A stretch of 62,574 bases of DNA, the filler included. It is 3 parts of 3 records of this genome, joined end to end, with 100 filler letters (N's around TTAATTAATTAA, not from the genome) between each part and the next. Parts side by side here need not be neighbours in the genome. Positions count along the whole stretch, not along the records: positions 1 to 22,973 come from SRR20825010_74; 2 more parts are not named here. The stretch is one strand, 5' to 3'. Of the stretch, positions 7,797 to 16,290 are shown one piece after another. Position numbers and translations under genes: made by a program. Position 1 is the first letter of the stretch. Each line of letters begins with the position of its first letter. The notes beneath the pieces are model-generated. The model was not told where the DNA came from, did not search any database, and was given only the letters and a program-made list of their open reading frames with translations.

Positions 7797-10364
7797 ATGA
7801 GGTACTTTAAAATCCTATTGTCATTACTCTTTTTGGGCATTTCCATGACCTATGCCCAAGAAAATCTATTTTATGAATTTGAGAACACCTCACTCAAAGA
7901 AGTAATTCAGCAATTAGAAGCGGACACCCAACTCAGTTTTTCTTTCGCAGAGGATGTGGTGGACGAAAAAAAGATTACGGTTCAAGTGGACGGACTCACC
8001 TTGTTTGAACTCCTTGCCGTACTCGAAGCACAAACCGGACTTCATTTCGAGAAAATTGAGGGACAGCCCCAAGTCATCGTTACGCCAATTTCAAATTCAA
8101 ATCAAATCTGCATTTCTCTGCTAGACCAAGAAACCCGATTGCCCATTACGGAAAATCAGGTTGTGGTCGACTCAATCTTGGTGCTTGAAACCAATCAAAA
8201 AGGGTTGCTTCAATTTGAAAATACAGAACAATCCAGTTATTTGCTTCACGTTTCGGGTTATGGTTCTGTGAGTGTTCATTCTTCGGAGGATTGCGTCCCG
8301 ATTTATCTTTCTCCCGTCTACAAGCAACTCAAGGAAGTGGTGGTCACTTCCTACATCACCACAGGGATAGACCGAAATCAGGATGGCTCTATCACCCTCA
8401 CCCAAAAACCTTTGGGGCCCATTCCCGGGCAGACCACGCCAGATATTTTACAAAGCATTCAAATGATTCCTGGGGTTTCCAGTTTGGATGAATCAGCTTC
8501 GGAGATTCAAATCCACGGGGGAACTTCAGACCAGAATCTGGTGCTATTTGACCATATTCGGGTGTTCAATTCAGGGTATTTGTATGGGATGTTCTCAAGG
8601 TTCAATCCGTATGCCACCGAAAAGGCGATAATCTACAAAACCGGGACCAGTACTGTTTATGGAGACCGCGTTTCCGGGGTTATTGATATCACTACCGACG
8701 ATACCATCGCCCAAAAGGTTTCCGGAGGGATTGGGATTGATGGCTTGAGTGCGGATGGCTATTTAAAAATACCCTTGTCCCAAAAATCCTCACTGTCGCT
8801 TTTTGCGCGAAATGCCTATCTGGATGTATTTGAAGGACCCACCTATGAAGCCTATGAACGAAAAATTTTCAACAATACCGGCATCATAACCGACAGCCGC
8901 GGCAATCCATTGAATGTGAATACGGATGATGATTACACCTACGAGGACAGTGACAATGACTTTCGGTTCTATGACCTGAATGCCAAGTATGTGTATCAAC
9001 CTTCGCTGAAGGACAAGATTGCCATCAGTGCCCTCATGACCCGAAACCGCACCCAATTTTCCTTTATGAATGATGGAGAAACCAAAAAGGACTCGCTTAC
9101 CACTGGGAATGGTGGGGTGAGTGCCAACTGGACGCATCATACCTCCCCAAACCAAACGGAGGAAATCACTGCCTACTTTTCTTCATATGACTCTTATTAT
9201 AAAAACGAAGAACTCTTGGACAATGAATTGGAGGAGACCAATATTCGTGGTAATAGGATCAGCGATTTTGGCTTGGAACTGAAATCAGATAGAACTTTTA
9301 AGAATGATGACCGATTGAGCTTTGGATACCAACTCTCCAATACCAATTTGGAAATTGACCTGAGTGCCATATCCAACGTTGAACGGGAAAACAACATCAG
9401 TCTCCCCGTACACGAGAGTAATTTTAAAAACGTACTGTTTGGCGAATACACCATTACCAAAGCCAATTCGGGCATCTATAAATTGGGGATTAGGGCGGTG
9501 CATTATGGAAGTTTAGGAAATATCTATCTGGAACCTCGTTTGAATCTGGAACTTCCCATTTCCAAATCTTCGCGGATTCGGGCTGGATTGGAAAGACGGA
9601 ACCAACCCATTTCACAGCTGATTGAATTCAATCAAACTGAACTTCGATTGGACAACAACATTTGGCGGCTTTCGGACGATGTCAATTTTCCGCTTTTACA
9701 AAGTAACCAGATTTCAGCAGGGCTTCTTTTTGATAAAAAGGGATGGACCTTGGATGCGGAAGTTTTCCACAAGCGGCTCACTGGGCTAACCACCTATAGC
9801 CAAGGGTTCAATTTACCCCGGCCAGAACTCAGTGAAGGCAAAAGTCGCATTTTAGGAATGGACTTGCTCGTTAAAAAACGTATCCAAAACTATCGATTTT
9901 GGATGGGCTATTCTTTCAATGATGTCAATTTTACCTTTGATGCGGTTCAAGAAGACAGTTTTTCCGGAAACAATGACATCACCCATAGTTTTCGAATATC
10001 CAACAGCATACAATTCAATGGTTTACAATTATCGTTGGGCTGGCAATACCGCACTGGTCTTCCTGTTACCCTCATTGAAAATTATGATGAAGAGACCCAG
10101 CAAGTCAATTTTGGCCCCTTAAATGCGGGTCGTTTGCCCGATTTTCATCGCTTGGATGCCTCGGTGGTCTATCAGTTTGGATTGGGAGAACGTAACTCCA
10201 GAATGCAATTGGGCTTTTCAGTACTCAACATTTACAATCGTATTGTTCCGCTTTCCATCATTCACCGCACCTCTCAACAAAATGGTGAACTTATTTTGGA
10301 ACAGGTGATCCACAGGCGTTCGTTGGGGCTTACCCCAAACTTTACGTTAAGGGTCTTTTTTTAG
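7797..10364 (+). CDS. TonB-dependent receptor with N-terminal signalling extension
   Basis: Signal peptide, STN-like SLKEVIQQLE..SFSF, plug (DILQSIQMIPGV, GGTSDQNLVLFD), RLPDFHRLD, terminal Phe. Confidence 0.88.
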   Translation: MRYFKILLSLLFLGISMTYAQENLFYEFENTSLKEVIQQLEADTQLSFSFAEDVVDEKKITVQVDGLTLFELLAVLEAQTGLHFEKIEGQPQVIVTPISNSNQICISLLDQETRLPITENQVVVDSILVLETNQKGLLQFENTEQSSYLLHVSGYGSVSVHSSEDCVPIYLSPVYKQLKEVVVTSYITTGIDRNQDGSITLTQKPLGPIPGQTTPDILQSIQMIPGVSSLDESASEIQIHGGTSDQNLVLFDHIRVFNSGYLYGMFSRFNPYATEKAIIYKTGTSTVYGDRVSGVIDITTDDTIAQKVSGGIGIDGLSADGYLKIPLSQKSSLSLFARNAYLDVFEGPTYEAYERKIFNNTGIITDSRGNPLNVNTDDDYTYEDSDNDFRFYDLNAKYVYQPSLKDKIAISALMTRNRTQFSFMNDGETKKDSLTTGNGGVSANWTHHTSPNQTEEITAYFSSYDSYYKNEELLDNELEETNIRGNRISDFGLELKSDRTFKNDDRLSFGYQLSNTNLEIDLSAISNVERENNISLPVHESNFKNVLFGEYTITKANSGIYKLGIRAVHYGSLGNIYLEPRLNLELPISKSSRIRAGLERRNQPISQLIEFNQTELRLDNNIWRLSDDVNFPLLQSNQISAGLLFDKKGWTLDAEVFHKRLTGLTTYSQGFNLPRPELSEGKSRILGMDLLVKKRIQNYRFWMGYSFNDVNFTFDAVQEDSFSGNNDITHSFRISNSIQFNGLQLSLGWQYRTGLPVTLIENYDEETQQVNFGPLNAGRLPDFHRLDASVVYQFGLGERNSRMQLGFSVLNIYNRIVPLSIIHRTSQQNGELILEQVIHRRSLGLTPNFTLRVFF

Positions 10365-10365
10365 G

Positions 10366-10640
10366 CTAATTGCATCTTGTCCCAATGTGCAACTCCCTAT
10401 GAACATTGAGGATTTCCCCATACACGGTATCGAGGTATGCGTTCAAATCCTCCATGATTCTACTGGTCGGGAACGCTTTTCCACGAATTTTGTCCCAATT
10501 GCACACCGGAATGTCCCGCTTGATACTGATTTCTGCACGCTCCTTTTTGACCGTTATGCGAACATATATATCGTATATGCTCGGGTCATTGCGCTTTTTC
10601 CTGACGAAGAAATTGATTCCTAAAGTACTGTCTGTCCCAT
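10366..10640 (-). pseudogene. Truncated Bacteroidota tyrosine integrase (N-terminal arm-binding domain only)
   Basis: STLGINFF...IYVRITVKKERAEISIKR...WD...LNAYLD. The nearest ATG (10640) is out of frame with this sequence; SAM-like and catalytic domains are absent. Confidence 0.75.
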
Positions 10641-10735
10641 GTGGTAATAATTTTAATTGAACAATTGTCATTGGTCAGACTGCCCTTTGACCTCAATCGT
10701 TCATACCTAAAATTACAACAATCAGTGTACCAGTG

Positions 10736-10947
10736 TGCACACCTTATTGCACACCAAAAATATGGTTTCAAATGATATCAGATGGAATCATAAAAAATGA
10801 GAAGCAGTGATAATCATACAATTAACAGTGCTTTGTTTCTGCCTATAAGGCGGTTCGTCGGAATGACTGAACCCCCCATATGGTCGTAAGTTATTGTAAA
10901 CCAGAAACAAGCACTGAAAATTCAGAACCTGCACACCTTATTGCACA
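10736..10947. mobile_element. att-like site: 18-bp direct repeats and an inverted repeat around a tRNA-3'-end-like core
   Basis: TGCACACCTTATTGCACA at 10736-10753 and 10930-10947; IR CAGTGCTTTGTTTCT (10826-10840) / AGAAACAAGCACTG (10903-10916); core CAGTCATTCCGAC on the minus strand at 10857-10869. Confidence 0.6.
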
Positions 10948-11155
10948 TTTATCATGAAAATGAGAATAAGAACATATCCAATAATTATTAAAATTACTGA
11001 ATTCATTTCAAATGAAGGCAAATCCCTTGGAAAATTCGAAAATACCCCAATGCTACATTCTGAAGAAACCACAAGGTCAAACTGAATCTAAGACTAGAAA
11101 TATTCAAATCGATTACTTTTCACCAAACTATTATCCTAACTCTTTTCATGAAGTA

Positions 11156-12295
11156 TTAACCGCCTAAAACACTGCTGAGCTTGAACATCGGAAGGTACAT
11201 GGACACCAAGATCACCCCTACAAATACACCAATAACGACAATGATAAGCGGCTCCATAATAGTAGAAAGCATCTTGGAATTACGCTGCACCTCCATTACA
11301 TATTGTTGGTTCAATTTTTTGAAAATATATTCGGTCTGATTGGTTTCCTCCGCTACCTTGACCAATGATACCATCTTATGGTCAAAGACCTTGTTTCCCT
11401 TTAAACTTTCATGAAGGCTCGTACCTTTCAAGATCCTTTTCTCCATGGTATCCAAAGCGTCTTGTAAGGGATAGAACCCCATCATCTTTTTTGCCATTTG
11501 GACACTGTTCAACATGGGCACTTTGGAAGTGGTCAATAAGGCCACCGCTTGGGTAAACTGTGCCATATAGATCAATCGCAAGAAGTTGCCAAAATATGGG
11601 GCCCTCAGAATAAGATAATCCCGCTTTCTTCGGATGGATTCTTTTCGCATCAAGGGTTTTCTTAACAGAATCAAAACAAGCATCATTAAAAGTACGGCAA
11701 GACCATACTGTTCGATCAGATTGGATATACCAATGATATATTGGGTAATCGTCGGCAGTTCCACATTGTTCTGCCTAAATATGTCCTCGAACATGGGAAC
11801 TACCATCCGAAGCATAAAAATAACTACAAGTATAGCGGTACATAATATGATCAAGGGATAGGTAAGGGCACTTATAAGGTTCCTGCGCTGCTCGTTCTTT
11901 TGGGCAAAGAAGGTCGCCAATTCCTGTAGTATGGTTCCCAGATTGCCGCTTTCTTCCCCTATTTCAACGGAATAGTATTCATATTCCGTAAACTCTCGGC
12001 GTCTTTTCAGCACTTCGGAAAAACTTGATCCACTGTCCAATTCCTTGACCATGTCACCATAAAACAACTGTAGGTTATCCTTTTTTTGGTTCCCTGACAA
12101 TAGTTCAAGGGCTTCTCTCAATTGAAGTCCTGCCTTTAAAAGTATCGCCAGTTCACTATAAAAACCCTCCTTTTTCTTGGAGTTGAAAAAGGAACCGAAA
12201 AGGGTGATCTCCTTTTTTAACCACTTATCCAATCCCTCCTTTTGAGTGGGAACCGTATTCGCTTTTTCCAAGGTCTGGTCCAATTTGAATCCCAT
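11156..12295 (-). CDS. gspF: Type II secretion / type IV pilus platform protein GspF/PilC
   Basis: ELAILLKAG, GEESGNL, ALTYP, MYLPMF; two T2SSF repeats. Confidence 0.92.
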   Translation of the reverse strand: MGFKLDQTLEKANTVPTQKEGLDKWLKKEITLFGSFFNSKKKEGFYSELAILLKAGLQLREALELLSGNQKKDNLQLFYGDMVKELDSGSSFSEVLKRRREFTEYEYYSVEIGEESGNLGTILQELATFFAQKNEQRRNLISALTYPLIILCTAILVVIFMLRMVVPMFEDIFRQNNVELPTITQYIIGISNLIEQYGLAVLLMMLVLILLRKPLMRKESIRRKRDYLILRAPYFGNFLRLIYMAQFTQAVALLTTSKVPMLNSVQMAKKMMGFYPLQDALDTMEKRILKGTSLHESLKGNKVFDHKMVSLVKVAEETNQTEYIFKKLNQQYVMEVQRNSKMLSTIMEPLIIVVIGVFVGVILVSMYLPMFKLSSVLGG

Positions 12296-12298
12296 AGT

Positions 12299-12766
12299 TT
12301 ATCGATTGATATAGCTTGTTGCCGCGTTACGTTTGTATATGAATATCCGAGTCCTGTCCTTCTCTCCAATGAACAGGTCCATAGCATCGATTTCTCCTTC
12401 ATTGACACTACCCGCACCGAAGTAAGGGCTTAATTCATTTATTTTTATATGAAAGGTGTCAAGTTCCCTGACCACCATATCCTCTTGGAACCGGTAATTG
12501 ATCTCGCTGATTCCATTGACCAGCAACAGATTTCTGTCCTGGGTTTTGTACCATATCCTATCATGGGCATTAAAATCCATCCATAGGCGCTGACGCAATA
12601 AGCGTAGTTCGGTGTTCCTTTCATAATTGGATAAAATCCCGTTCATCTGGACTTGTACCAAACGTAAAACACTAAAGGCCATTCCAACGACCAAAGCGGT
12701 GATCAACAAGACCACCAACATTTCGTGCAGGGTAAATGCCTGTATTTTTTTCAGTGCTCTACTCAT
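12299..12766 (-). CDS. Prepilin-type minor pseudopilin (GspJ-like)
   Basis: KKIQA|FTLHEMLVVLLI class III signal peptide. Confidence 0.8.
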   Translation of the reverse strand: MSRALKKIQAFTLHEMLVVLLITALVVGMAFSVLRLVQVQMNGILSNYERNTELRLLRQRLWMDFNAHDRIWYKTQDRNLLLVNGISEINYRFQEDMVVRELDTFHIKINELSPYFGAGSVNEGEIDAMDLFIGEKDRTRIFIYKRNAATSYINR

Positions 12767-13091
12767 GGTTCAATGAAAATATGATCTCCTTATCGTTTCT
12801 TGTATTCATTGCTGAAAAAATCACCTGCTCCCTATCGTGCCAAGTTTGCTGCTCTACCTTGATTTCCCAGTGTTCTTGTTCATCATAATGCGGTAGTGAC
12901 AATTTTCCATGGGCATATCGATATTGCAAAAACAAGAGCTCTTGCCTGATCGGACCGTCATTTTGTTCAATTGAGGTCACGAACAAGGTATTCAAGGTCA
13001 TACTGGCCATCATAAAGACCACCACTATTAATACGGTGGCCACGAGGGTTTCCATGAGTGTTGATCCCTTTATTTTTTTTAATACAGCCAT
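12759..13091 (-). CDS. Prepilin-type minor pseudopilin (GspI-like)
   Basis: KKIKG|STLMETLVATVLI class III signal peptide with E5. Confidence 0.75.
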   Translation of the reverse strand: MAVLKKIKGSTLMETLVATVLIVVVFMMASMTLNTLFVTSIEQNDGPIRQELLFLQYRYAHGKLSLPHYDEQEHWEIKVEQQTWHDREQVIFSAMNTRNDKEIIFSLNHE

Positions 13092-14350
13092 TTTGCTATT
13101 CCATTGGTAGTCTCACAGTCATACACTAGGCCACAATATTCATCTGGCAACAATTCCGAATTGATGGTTCCATTGAACAAATGGTTCAAATAGGTGTTCC
13201 CATTTTCAAAAGAGATAAAGGATCCTGTGGTCACGCTTCCATATATGCTCCCTTTAAGCTCGAGCGCTTGATCGCAATACACTTCACCGGTGATTGTTGC
13301 CTCTCTGTCTATCCCGATGTACTTGGGCAGTCCCTTTGTTTTCCCTTTGCTACTAAAGATAATGGCACCAGCGATGCTTGATCCACTCTCTATTGCTATC
13401 ACCGGATCTCTAAGGATATTGACCGCGTGGTCTGAGGTATTTGCTTCCTGCACGGCCAATAAGGTTGGATATTCCAGTTCACATCCTTTGCCCACCACTA
13501 TCCGCTCGCTGGCAATAGCTTGAAAAGACCCTCTTGTCCCCTGCTCTATTTCAATCTGGGGCGCCACTAGAATCACGTCCCTTAATTGGCTGGTTGCCCT
13601 TACATGGATCTTGTCCATGGCCCAAACCACAACGTTGCCGATCAAGGTCACTTTGTCAAGATCCAGATAATCACTTCCTTGAACCACTATGGCCTCTCCC
13701 TTAAAACTGTTTTTGATCAGCAGACCCTGTTTTAAAGTGACGGTGTTGCCTTTCGGCCTGTACGTGGAACTTGTCATCAATTTCAACTGTTGGTCCACTT
13801 GACTGCAAAGCTCAGGCAATTGAGCATTACTTTGAAATGTATTTCCATAGACCAATTGGGGCCTTGGATATCCATGGCCCTGAATGTTGCCTATCTTGAT
13901 GCCCCGTTCGGGCAAATAGGCATTGCCGGATATTTTAGCATCGCCTACGATGACAATCGGACGGTTGTCATCCCTTAAATATAATGCAGGTAGGTCAGGG
14001 TTTTTATAGCCTACGAAAGCTGATTTCTCAAACTGGAGCTTTCCCTTTTTGGAAACCGAGTTCCTTTTCTCCAGAAGCCCCCAATATTCCTTGGTAACCT
14101 TGGATTTTATTCCCAAATCGGGGTTCCCTGCCACATCCACGCCGTTTCCTTCCTGAACGGTCATTGAAAACGATTCGAACATTGCATTGTCCGAAACTCT
14201 AACAAGGTCCACCATTATGTACGTTTGTTTATCGAACAGCGAATGGCTTTGGTTGATCAGGATAAAGGCGAAGAGCAACAGGACAATGATGGTCCCTATA
14301 AAAAGTACGAACTGGAGCGCACCGGCCTTTATTTTTGAAAAAATGATCAT
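13079..14350 (-). CDS. Large pilin-like protein (GspK/PilX-like)
   Basis: KIKAGALQFVLFI, hydrophobic N-terminus lacking E5; overlaps the neighbouring pseudopilin gene. Confidence 0.55.
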   Translation of the reverse strand: MIIFSKIKAGALQFVLFIGTIIVLLLFAFILINQSHSLFDKQTYIMVDLVRVSDNAMFESFSMTVQEGNGVDVAGNPDLGIKSKVTKEYWGLLEKRNSVSKKGKLQFEKSAFVGYKNPDLPALYLRDDNRPIVIVGDAKISGNAYLPERGIKIGNIQGHGYPRPQLVYGNTFQSNAQLPELCSQVDQQLKLMTSSTYRPKGNTVTLKQGLLIKNSFKGEAIVVQGSDYLDLDKVTLIGNVVVWAMDKIHVRATSQLRDVILVAPQIEIEQGTRGSFQAIASERIVVGKGCELEYPTLLAVQEANTSDHAVNILRDPVIAIESGSSIAGAIIFSSKGKTKGLPKYIGIDREATITGEVYCDQALELKGSIYGSVTTGSFISFENGNTYLNHLFNGTINSELLPDEYCGLVYDCETTNGIAKWLY

Positions 14351-14802
14351 TGTAATACGATGGTTTCCGACCTACCATCATAGTGGACCGTAATATGCTG
14401 GCCATTTCCTTTCAATAGCTTTACCCCATTGATTTCCTCATTTTTGGACATGATGTGTTGCTGTCCATCGATCGATACAAAGTACATGGTGTTTCCAGAG
14501 CCCGTCTGTGATACCAGACCCGAGTATCCAATATTCCTTTTGGAAATGGGTTTCTTTTGAACCGCTCTTTTGATGGGTTTCTTTTTTGATATGGGTAGCG
14601 TTCCCAAAAAGGGGTCACGGTAATCGGCCATCAACTCAAAGGTATCTCTCTTTTCAGTGCTCTTTGGGATCAGGGTGGGTTGCGTTGCTACCATGGGCAT
14701 TTCAGGATCTTTGGATATGGCATGGATCACCTTAAAGCCAATAATGCCCCAGATCAAGAGTACCAAGGCCAACAGCAGATATGTCCTTAGGTTTTTGCTC
14801 AA
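14347..14802 (-). CDS. Bitopic T2SS-associated protein (GspC/PilP-like)
   Basis: N-terminal TM, YRDPFLG motif, C-terminal beta domain; operon context. Confidence 0.55.
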   Translation of the reverse strand: MSKNLRTYLLLALVLLIWGIIGFKVIHAISKDPEMPMVATQPTLIPKSTEKRDTFELMADYRDPFLGTLPISKKKPIKRAVQKKPISKRNIGYSGLVSQTGSGNTMYFVSIDGQQHIMSKNEEINGVKLLKGNGQHITVHYDGRSETIVLQ

Positions 14803-15497
14803 TCGTTGATGGTAAAATTAAAAGTGCTGCTATCCCCGCTTTCATTGCCGGCGGTATCAATGGCCCTTACCAACCAATAGTAAGTGCCTGCGCTCAAGGT
14901 TGTCGTATAGCTCTTATTGGCCCCAACGGCCTTGGTGGTCAATTCCTGTAAGTTCTCATCGGAATATATGAATATGCTGTCTCGCTCAGCTGTACCCGGA
15001 ACATCCTCCCGGCTCCATGTAAACCCGATTTCCGTATCGGAAGTATCACTTCCATTGTTAGGAGATATCAATTGGGGCGTATTGGGAGGGGTCAGATCAA
15101 GATCTTCATCTCCATTGACCTGAAAACCATTACTGGAATATATGGTTTCAAAACCACTGTTAAAGGCTTTGACCCGCCATTCATAATTCCCGTTGAAAAG
15201 GTTTTGACTAATTTGGTTCGGTAAATATCCCAGAGTATCCATTTCAATGACACTGTCCAATAGGATCTGGGCGGTATTTTCAAAATTGGGAGATGCCACT
15301 TGAATGCTATAGCCCGAAGCCTCTTCCACTCCCTCCCAGTTAAGGTTGACCGAGTTATCGTCCAGGACAGACCCATCGGAGGGGGCCAACAACTTCACGG
15401 ATTTCCCGGAAATATCGGGTACCTCCAAAATATCCTCACAGGCCACAAGACCGAACGAAAAAATCATGGTCACTGCAATAAAAGTTCTTGTTTTCAT
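14799..15497 (-). CDS. Lipoprotein with two fibronectin-III/Ig-like repeats
   Basis: Lipobox LVAC; LLAPSDG..LNW..YEWRVKA and LISPNNG..FTW..YYWLVRA. Confidence 0.7.
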   Translation of the reverse strand: MKTRTFIAVTMIFSFGLVACEDILEVPDISGKSVKLLAPSDGSVLDDNSVNLNWEGVEEASGYSIQVASPNFENTAQILLDSVIEMDTLGYLPNQISQNLFNGNYEWRVKAFNSGFETIYSSNGFQVNGDEDLDLTPPNTPQLISPNNGSDTSDTEIGFTWSREDVPGTAERDSIFIYSDENLQELTTKAVGANKSYTTTLSAGTYYWLVRAIDTAGNESGDSSTFNFTIND

Positions 15498-16219
15498 AAC
15501 TTCAAATAATCCGGGGTTCTGTTCAACTTCTCCGGGGTCGCTTTGGTACTACCCGGGCAGGTGATGCCATCCATTAAGATCTGGGCAATATTTATCCTTC
15601 CTCTATTATCCATCTTCCAGCAGAAATTGGCCCGCTCAAAATCAAAGATTTCCAAGCTTGATTGCTTTATGGGTTTTCCATCTTGAGTACCCCCTGCTAT
15701 TTGGAGGAACAACGCCCCATCGGAACCGGTCTTCAATAATAGTTTCTCGGCCATATCCAATTTTTGGGACATTGTCTGATTCACTACAATCGACATGGAG
15801 GACAAAAGGACCAGTTCCACATCTTCCTGGAGGTATTTTTTTAGGTTCAAATTCTTATCTGAATTGAGCTGCTCCACTAGACTGACAACGTCGCTAATCT
15901 CCAACTGATAATAGGCAAGTTTTGCCATCTGGGTGCTGTCCATGGTCTTGGCCAAGGGTTGCATGCCCAAATGTTCCCGATATTTTTCGTATCTCGATTT
16001 CATTCTACCCGATAAGGGAACGGGCTCTATGGTGACACTAATAGGTCGGTCCAATTCCGGTTCCCCCATCTTCTGGAAGCCTTTTTCAAATAATGAAGAT
16101 TGATGTTTGCCAATGGATCCCAGTACAGGGACTTGTGATTGTACTTTCTGCATTTGGCGCATAGGCCCACAGGCCTGTAGCATAAATGCCAGAAGGAGTA
16201 TGGTCAGTGTAGGTCTCAT
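15494..16219 (-). CDS. Hypothetical lipoprotein
   Basis: Lipobox LQAC; 241-aa ORF translationally coupled to the next gene. Confidence 0.65.
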   Translation of the reverse strand: MRPTLTILLLAFMLQACGPMRQMQKVQSQVPVLGSIGKHQSSLFEKGFQKMGEPELDRPISVTIEPVPLSGRMKSRYEKYREHLGMQPLAKTMDSTQMAKLAYYQLEISDVVSLVEQLNSDKNLNLKKYLQEDVELVLLSSMSIVVNQTMSQKLDMAEKLLLKTGSDGALFLQIAGGTQDGKPIKQSSLEIFDFERANFCWKMDNRGRINIAQILMDGITCPGSTKATPEKLNRTPDYLKL

Positions 16220-16290
16220 GAATAAGATTCTGGTAAGGTTTTAACGCACTTTTCCCTATAATGTTGTACGAAAAGGCTTAAGTTATATTT

